A DNA stretch of 32,000 nucleotides. It comes from Zygophlyctis sp. KS116. Lineage: Eukaryota; Fungi; Chytridiomycota. The first letter of the stretch is position 1; each line of letters begins with the position of its first letter. The notes under the pieces were generated by a model. It had not been told where the DNA came from. It saw nothing but the letters and a program-made list of their open reading frames with translations, and did no database searches. Of the stretch, positions 24,801-32,000 are shown one piece after another. The DNA is taken from NCBI GenBank assembly GCA_054661495.1, contig BAAFSQ010000049.1:20850-52849 (forward strand), written 5' to 3'. Both the position numbers and the translations under genes were made by a program.

Positions 24801-27165
24801 TTCTTGGAGTCTGAAATAACGAAGAATACAAAGGAAACTCAGGATAAGAAAGTTTTAGCCCATAAATCAGCATACCTGATGGAAGCATCTGCTATCGCTA
24901 ATTCCCAAGAGATGACTGTGCTTGTTGATCGTATTTTTACAGGTAGTGTCAATCTTTCTGGAAAATCTATTGTATCATTTGTGACTGCATTATGTGAAAT
25001 ATCTTGGGAAGAAGTTTCAAGTACATCGCCAGGCTTACAGCCCCGAATGTATTGCTTGCAGCGACTAATTGAAATGGGATTTTATAATATGAATAGAATA
25101 CGACTAGAATGGGTCAATATTTGGGCAAAACTTCGGGAACACTTTATTCAAGTTTGTACTTTTCCTAATGCAACCGTCGGATTTTTCGCATTAGATAAAC
25201 TGAGACAATTAGCTATGAAATTTTTGGATTTGGAAGAATTGTCCAATTTTAAATTCCAAAAAGATTTTTTATGGCCATTTGAAGAAATCCTTCTTAAATC
25301 ATTGGACCCCAAAATCAAGGACATGGTTTTAGCTTGTATACAGCAAATGGTGCAGGCAAAAAGCAAAAAATTTCGCAGTGGATGGAAAGCGATTTTCGCT
25401 ACAATTTCTAAATCAGCAAAAGAATCACACGGTACTTTATATTTCGTTAATTTAGTAGAACCTATAGTTGTCTTGTCACTAGATATCATCAAAATGATTT
25501 ATAAATCTAGCTTTGACGAGGTTATTGCCAACAATTCGCTTCCAGAATTCATTATATGTCTAACAGACTTGGCCAAAAACAGCTATTTTTCTAAAACAAA
25601 GTATGTCAGTTTTCATTTATAATGAATAGTCTTCATTCTATGGAGCTTATGAAACTGATTGTACCAAAAATAGCGGAATATGAAAAGACATCATCACCAG
25701 GTAAAGAGCATAATCGAATGTCTTACAAATCCATGGAGAATATGCACCAATTATTTCAAATAAACGGAGCCGGCCATAGCCTTTTTCATGCTGAAACGTT
25801 GGATTCTTCTAAATCTGAACATTTCCCACAGATTGAAGAGGACAGATCTATGCGCTATTGGCTTCCTCTTCTATATGGCTTTCTTGATATAGTAATGAAT
25901 GGGGAATTAGAAGTAAGAACAAGGTATTACACTTTGATCTGAATTTAGAGCTTTGACATACTTATTTGAAACATTAAAAACTCATGGGTCTACTTTTTCT
26001 CCAGAATTTTGGTTAATAGTAGCAAATACCATCATATTTACTATATTCCAGGATTTAGGAGTTGGTAGTGGACAGGCAAAGCTGCTTTCTAAAGAAGAAG
26101 AATCTGTTTGGACATCAACAACACTGATACAAGCTTTGAGGTATCTAGTTGAATTTTTTGGGGAGCGTTATGATCAAGTTAATTTTATGTTGAAGGGAAT
26201 ATTGGAGATTTTAAAAGCTTGCCTGCTGCAAAGTAACGAAACTTTGTCACGAATTGGCGCTACATGCCTACAGCAAATAATTGAAACTAATTTAAAAAAA
26301 TTGAATACTCATAATTGGGATCAGATATGCGACACAATTGAGCAACTAGTCAATGAAACTATACCTCATGCAATTTTCTTTGATTTATCTGATGGCGCTA
26401 ATGGCCCAAATCCTGTTTCAATAACAGGCCGCCCTCTACTCACCCGTCCGCATAAAAAGGATTTCGAACATATAATTTCTGTATGCGTGCAGCATTTACT
26501 TGTTCTTCAAACACTTTCGGATATTCTTAATAGCGGTTCAGACTTTGCCGTATATAGATCATTAGATCTTCAGCATCTTAACAAATTTTTGGCATTTTTT
26601 GAATTCAGTTACCTCTTTGCAAAGGAGTTTAATGATAATCTCGAAATTAGAAATGCTCTATTCCAGATGGGTTTCATGAAAAATTTACCAAATCTTTTGA
26701 AGCAAGAAACAAGTAGTGTCTCAATATATCTAACATTACTGAACAGAATGTATAATGATAAAGACGAATCACGATTGGCTTTAAAGGATACCATAGAACA
26801 GAAGATGATCCCGTAAGAATCAATTAAATTAATATTTTAGGCTTAGTTTAGAAATTCTGCAAAATTATTCTAAATTTGATCCTGAATCCAATCGCCGAAA
26901 TGTCAACTCTTGGCGGCCCGTAATTGCCCTCATTTTATCAGGAATGATTCAATACAAAGACTCTGATCTTAAGAGACAAGTGCCGCAGTTTTATCAGCGC
27001 TTGGTTGGACTACTATCACAAGAGGTTTCATCGGACCTTCGACTTCCATTAATGAATATTTTACAAAGAGTGGGAGTCCTGGCTGGAATTTCACAGCTAC
27101 CAAGCCTCCCACCAAAATGTGAAACAGACGAAATAGAGATCAAAGAAGAAATAGATTTATTATAG
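21845..27165 (+). CDS. SEC7: Large Arf-GEF Sec7/BIG, copy B; introns 22364-22390(?), 22600-22623, 23678-23704, 23827-23852, 24047-24078, 25432-25458, 25601-25629, 25924-25948, 26813-26840
   Basis: Same domain series: [43 protein letters not shown]. Confidence 0.95.
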
Positions 27166-27170
27166 TATTT

Positions 27171-28029
27171 CTAACCATTATAAGTCTTCCACCAAAGTTC
27201 ATTGATTTTCCTAAAAGGTGCCTGCTCTTGACAATCAAAACTGGGATCATTCCATGGTTTCTCGAGAATAAAATGAATATTGCGAATCACATCCATGTCC
27301 CACAATTTAGGATGCTGAATCTGTATTGTTTTAAGCGTATTATACATAAAATGCAATTTAATCGTGGAGCCTTTAAAATAATCGTTCAGAAAATCTTGAT
27401 CAGCAAAAATCCATTCGGAGATATTCTCCTTGAGTGCAATGTAATTCTCCATATTAGAAAATATTTTGCTGTCAGGCCGCAAAACAAACAGCCCAGAATT
27501 GAAGTAAAAATCATTTGATTCATGATGCTCAGAATTGCTAAAGGGGCAGTTACTGGGCACCCAATGATTCGGATACGATGTATTCTTACTTGGATTACAG
27601 ATACACGCTAACTATTAGTATGATACAAATACCCGGACATGCAGCTAATTTATAATCCAAAGGGAGCTGATCAAAAATATCATCAATATTTTGAATTATC
27701 AACATATCAGAATCAAGCCAACAGAGCATTTCTGCTCGAATAGTCCAACATAACAGCTTATGCCAAACATCCGAGAAGCGATCAAATGCATAACTAGTTT
27801 TGCATGATGATGGAAGAGAATACTTTTCTATTGGAAAGCATATCAAATTTGGTTCATCCTTTAACGAAGCGACTGAAACGTTTGGAGTGGTTAATAGGAT
27901 GAGCTTGTATTTTGAATTTACTGCCCGGAGAGACTTTAGTAATACATGTGCCCCCTTCATATATTCCTCTCTTGTGATGCAAGTTATCCAGTATCGTTGC
28001 TCTGGAGAAATATCGGCTGTGGAACTCAT
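27171..28029 (-). CDS. Glycosyltransferase family 8 (glycogenin/galactinol synthase-like); intron 27608-27632
   Basis: YMKGAHVLLKSL, WHKL, WLDSDML (DxD), ACICNP..YPNHWVPSNCPF, YFNSGLFV, FADQDFLN, YNTLK, IHFILEKPW. Confidence 0.92.
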
Positions 28030-28115
28030 GCAACTGTATTTGACACCAAAGCTTATGAATTTGTCCGACAATTCTTGTCCGACTTTGAATTTATCAAATA
28101 CTTTAAATAATAATA

Positions 28116-31030
28116 TCAGCCAGATTTGTTGACTTTTAGCTGTAAATCAGCAATACGCTTTCGATTGTCTAGTAACTGCTCTTTTCTTTGATTCCACTGA
28201 TTTTCCAAAGCCTTAAAAAGTTCTGACCCATTTTTAGATTCTTGCTTTGGAATTCTATCTAAAGATGCCAAATTTCCAATAGCTTTTGCTCGAACATCAT
28301 TTTCTAGTGCTTGAATTCTAGCTTTACGATCAGAGAGATATTGATCTTCTCCAGTCATCTTATTCCACCATGTTTCAAGCATATCATTAGTCTTTAAATT
28401 TGCAGACTCCCAAGCTTGCTTATCTTTAGCAAGCTCAGTAGTAAGTCGAGTCATTTCTTGGGCAACTGTTCGTTTTTCTAAATACTCTTCTTCATCCTTT
28501 CGGATCCTTTCTCTCATCTTTGTCTGATAATTGATAATAAACTCTGGATACTGATTAAATACTGGGTATTGACTACGCAAAAGAGGTTTGAAAGGCTGTA
28601 AAAACGAACTAGGAGAGACGTTAGTTGGAGTACTAGCTTGCAAATCATAAGCGGTGATAAGAAGCTTTGAAATATTGACAGAATTACGTCTTTGAAAAAA
28701 ATACTACTGTCAGAGATAATATTTACAGTAAAATCATCCGTATTATTAACCTCTAGCAGTGCCCCTCGAAAATATTTTACATATGCGATTATCAAATAAT
28801 ACATGAAAGAAGGCTGATTGGAAACCAAGTGGTCCCATAATCGCAGCCAGTCATCAAGAATAAATAGCTCTGAAAATAAAGTATGCATAGGAAGCCAGCC
28901 ATAAATCTAAAGAATAATTACATTGTATTAATTACCTGACTGGTCACCTGATAAAGCTTGAAATGATTCAAAATTTCAGGATCATGATAAGAAAGCAAAT
29001 CTTCTAACACATCTAGACATTCGATAGGAGGATTCGGATAATATTCCCACCATTTTTGACACCAGTTTGCTATACAACATTATGAATATTTTTAATTACT
29101 TATAATAGTCATAAGGACTTCAATTCCGGAAAAAAGGTCTTTACTAAAGAGTCGAACAAAAGGAAAAACCATTGCCGGCAAATAATCCAAATTTTCAAAG
29201 ATAGGAGACCAATGGGCAAGAATAGATAGAATTCTACAAATAAGATGGTAAGTCAATTACTTCTCCATCGACCTTGATAGAGATTCACTCTTTAATGGAA
29301 ATTTACGCCGAAACTCACGAACCTGACTATGCAGTCCCATTTGAAGCATTGATTCATAAGATTCACGATTTTCTGGCAAACGCAATAAAAACCGCCATAT
29401 CATCGTTCTAGCAGTAAGAATAATAGATTGATACCGATGCTTTTCAGGATAAGTTCCATAGTAACTGAGAAATCCACGTAATTTGGGACGATTCAAAATT
29501 TTACTATCTTGCTATGAAGATTAGAATATGGAAAAACCTTTGATTCAATCAATTCAAAAAATGTCTGTGGCTGCTTCACTTTTACAGAGACCCTTGAGGC
29601 AGGCTTAACCTCCATAGCTATGGCATAAAATTCATAAAAAAATTACGGAGTGATTCCTAAATATTTAATAATGAAAAAAGTACCTCGACAGTCTCCAAAG
29701 CATCTGGATCAATTTCTATTTGAGCATTCTTTAAATTTAATTTTTTTGATTTACAGGGATTCCAAGAACTGGATCTAGAGCGAGTAAACACGCTTCATAT
29801 TTGGAAGATCCTAGAATAGTCGCAATTGTACATCCATCAGGAGATATAGCAAAATTAAAAAACTATGTATAAAAAATTAAAACCTTACTGTATGCTTTCC
29901 TTGCATCTGTCCTATAAATTTAGCAGCTACAGTTTCAATAAATATTAGAATCCCATTATTTGACAATAATGCCGCAATCTTAAGTTTTAGAAATTCCAAT
30001 TACTTTTGTATTTCCCAAAAAACTAATTTGAGAAATAATCTGATCTTCAAACGAAGGTATAACAATCTCATGCAACAATCTTTTCTCTATTATATTCCAT
30101 ATATACAGAGTAGAGGCTCTAATAATTTAATAATTCAAATTACAATCCAGAATAAGCCAATATTTCACCATCATTACTAATTGAAAAATAACTTGACCTA
30201 TCTATTGAAAGCAAAGAAGAATTCAATTGTACGTTATCTAGATAATTTGATCCAATTATTTGCTCTAAAGTCAATTTCCATTGAATTGTAAAAGTATCCA
30301 AAAACCAAACAAAAATACTACCATCTGAAAAAGCCGTAACAATAGACATTCCATCTGGAGTAAAAGAAGCTTGTTGAACTCCACAATCATTCCCAGTCAA
30401 TAATCTTTTTCTAACCCATTCCTACTATTAAAGTTTAATAAATATACTTCTGTATCCCATAGTAATGCTTCACTCGTAGAAGAAGAAATTGCAAAAGATT
30501 TACTTGAATGAATTGCCAAATGCCTTGGTTCATTATGATGAAAAGCAGGTAATTTAGCCACCAACTGATTAGAATCTACATTATAACAAAGCAGTGTATT
30601 ATCAGCCAAACCTTTATATTATTCCCAAATTCCTACCAATTAGTAATTCCCTCCTTCTTTTTTCACTAAATCCAAGACAAGTAATTCTAACACCAGTCCT
30701 TGCGACTACCCAGAATCTATTTCTCATAAAATCCAGACAATAAACGTGTCCTCTTTCATCCCCCATAGCCATTGGAAAATTGTAAGTGCCTTTTACTCTT
30801 CCAGTTATAATTTTGTCTGCATCAGGTAGACTATAAGCTGCATTTTCTTGACCGAATGCAATAACTGACCAAGAGACTCCCTTCCCAGCCTTCCCAGCCT
30901 TTGGAATCGCCGTGTCGAGCAATTTTAACAGCGTCCCATTCCTTGAATGACTCTGAATAATCTTTCTATATTCCACTGGTTTCCACAAGTCCCCTCCCTT
31001 GACGTCTCCCATATAAACACTTCTACTCAT
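28116..31030 (-). CDS. TBC1D31: TBC1D31/WDR67 (WD40 + Rab-GAP TBC + coiled coil; centrosomal); 14 predicted introns: 30612-30636, 30422-30447, 30119-30143, 29979-30003, 29863-29888, 29729-29754, 29657-29683, 29618-29646, 29512-29537, 29408-29434, 29234-29260, 29070-29099, 28907-28935, 28704-28726
   Basis: WD40 N-terminus (RRRELLIGLADNTLLCY), YGTYPEKHRTMIWRFLLRLPEN, LAHWSPIF, NWCQKWWEYYPNPP, WLRLWDHL, QYPVFNQYPEFIINYQ. Confidence 0.92.
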
Positions 31031-31092
31031 TGAGCTATCGGTTTAATTCCTAAAATTTTCGGTAGATTTACCAGTTTCTAGCAATTGAGAGC

Positions 31093-31626
31093 ATGGAAAC
31101 TATATTTTCTCTAAATCCACTCATCTTCCCCAATCCAAGACATGCAATCTCAAAAAAAGACTTTAAAACTAGAGATATTTATTATATTCTAGACTCTAAA
31201 AGGGAATTTCCATTTAATCATTCTATAGAATCTCAAAAGTACAATTTATACTTGAGAATTGAACCAATGGACTATATTAAATCAGTTTTAGAGTTTCTAT
31301 TTAGAAATTATTCTAGAAAATCTCAAATCTCAAATCCAGTTTCTATTAGAGTTTCAGAAATTCTAGATTCTTACTCTAGAGTTGAATTTACTTTAGAGAA
31401 TTTATTAAATCTAAATTTTGAATCTTATTTAGTAGATCGGACTCCAGGACTAGTAGGAGTTGTTATTAATCTATCTAGACTATTAGATTCTTTAGAGTAT
31501 AAAACTCTATTATCTAGACATGTTAATAAACTATTAGGGATTTGTAGGATCAAGGATGTATCTGATAGACTTCGGATACCTAGGAGTTTTGTGCTTTATG
31601 GGTTTTTATTGAAAATGGGAGAGTAA
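31093..31626 (+). CDS. Hypothetical protein (177 aa); 3' end uncertain
   Basis: Open ATG-initiated ORF divergent from TBC1D31. No recognised motif. Confidence 0.5.
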   Translation: METIFSLNPLIFPNPRHAISKKDFKTRDIYYILDSKREFPFNHSIESQKYNLYLRIEPMDYIKSVLEFLFRNYSRKSQISNPVSIRVSEILDSYSRVEFTLENLLNLNFESYLVDRTPGLVGVVINLSRLLDSLEYKTLLSRHVNKLLGICRIKDVSDRLRIPRSFVLYGFLLKMGE

Positions 31627-31647
31627 TAGATTTTATTTTACTTTTAT

Positions 31648-31742
31648 TTTATGGATTCTACTAATTTATGGATTCTACTAATTATACAAAATGTTTAAGT
31701 AATTTAAGTAATTTTAAAAATAATACTAATTTTACAAAATGT
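31648..31742 (+). repeat. Nested local duplications: TTTATGGATTCTACTAA x2, TTTAAGTAA x2, ACTAATT(A/T)TACAAAATGT x2
   Basis: Units at 31648/31665, 31694/31703 and 31677/31725. Confidence 0.85.
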
Positions 31743-31862
31743 GGAACTACTATAGATAGGGAGGGATCCGGTCAATGTTGAAAGAAAAATCTAGAGCTGA
31801 TCCATGACAATGTAATCACGTGTACGGGTCTTTTGCCGATCATAAAAATTTTCTTGGTAAAA

Positions 31863-32000
31863 ATGTCGAAAAGCGAAGAAAACTCATCCATGGACGCTTA
31901 CTATCATGACTACAATTCTCAACTGAGTCAGTTAAAGAAGAAACATTTAGCAGAGACTCAGGCTCTAGAACAAAAGTTGCTCATGCAAAAACAAGAGTTG
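31863..32000 (+). CDS. 5' end of a coiled-coil-like protein, runs off the window
   Basis: AAAATG start, open frame MSKSEENSSMDAYYHDYNSQLSQLKKKHLAETQALEQKLLMQKQEL, TCACGTG E-box upstream at 31816-31822. Confidence 0.55.
   Translation, partial: MSKSEENSSMDAYYHDYNSQLSQLKKKHLAETQALEQKLLMQKQEL

Noticed and set aside
27228-28132. Plus-strand ORFs opposite the GT8 gene (and similar short antisense ORFs at 8246-8584, 9212-9499, 24428-25492)
   Set aside because: Antisense to well-supported genes with no recognisable motifs
31074-31085. RFX X-box-like GTTTCTAGCAAT upstream of TBC1D31
   Set aside because: Imperfect match, and no equivalent found upstream of KATNAL2 or tectonic

Overview
AT-rich, very gene-dense eukaryotic DNA, most consistent with a zoosporic (chytrid-type) fungus. 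This is inferred from DNA polymerase gamma and a White Collar-1-like LOV protein occurring together with flagellar/centriolar genes (KATNAL2, tectonic, TBC1D31, PFN4-like profilin). I reconstructed about 19 genes by hand. The ORF track is fragmented because the genes carry about 67 ultra-short GT-AG introns, all 23-32 nt. About one fifth end in AAG, two 10-nt micro-exons occur, and nearer AG acceptors are skipped, which suggests length-measured splicing. Other notable signals: co-directional genes only 5-16 nt apart (WC-1 > UBC6 > SEC7a), overlapping convergent CDSs, tandem secreted plant-type LRR genes with one-repeat-per-exon architecture, a tandem SEC7/BIG duplication, and sharply CpG-depleted, TCTAGA-rich domains. 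No RNA genes, CRISPR arrays or mobile elements were recognised. All splice models and counts are manual predictions, with no RNA data or database searches.
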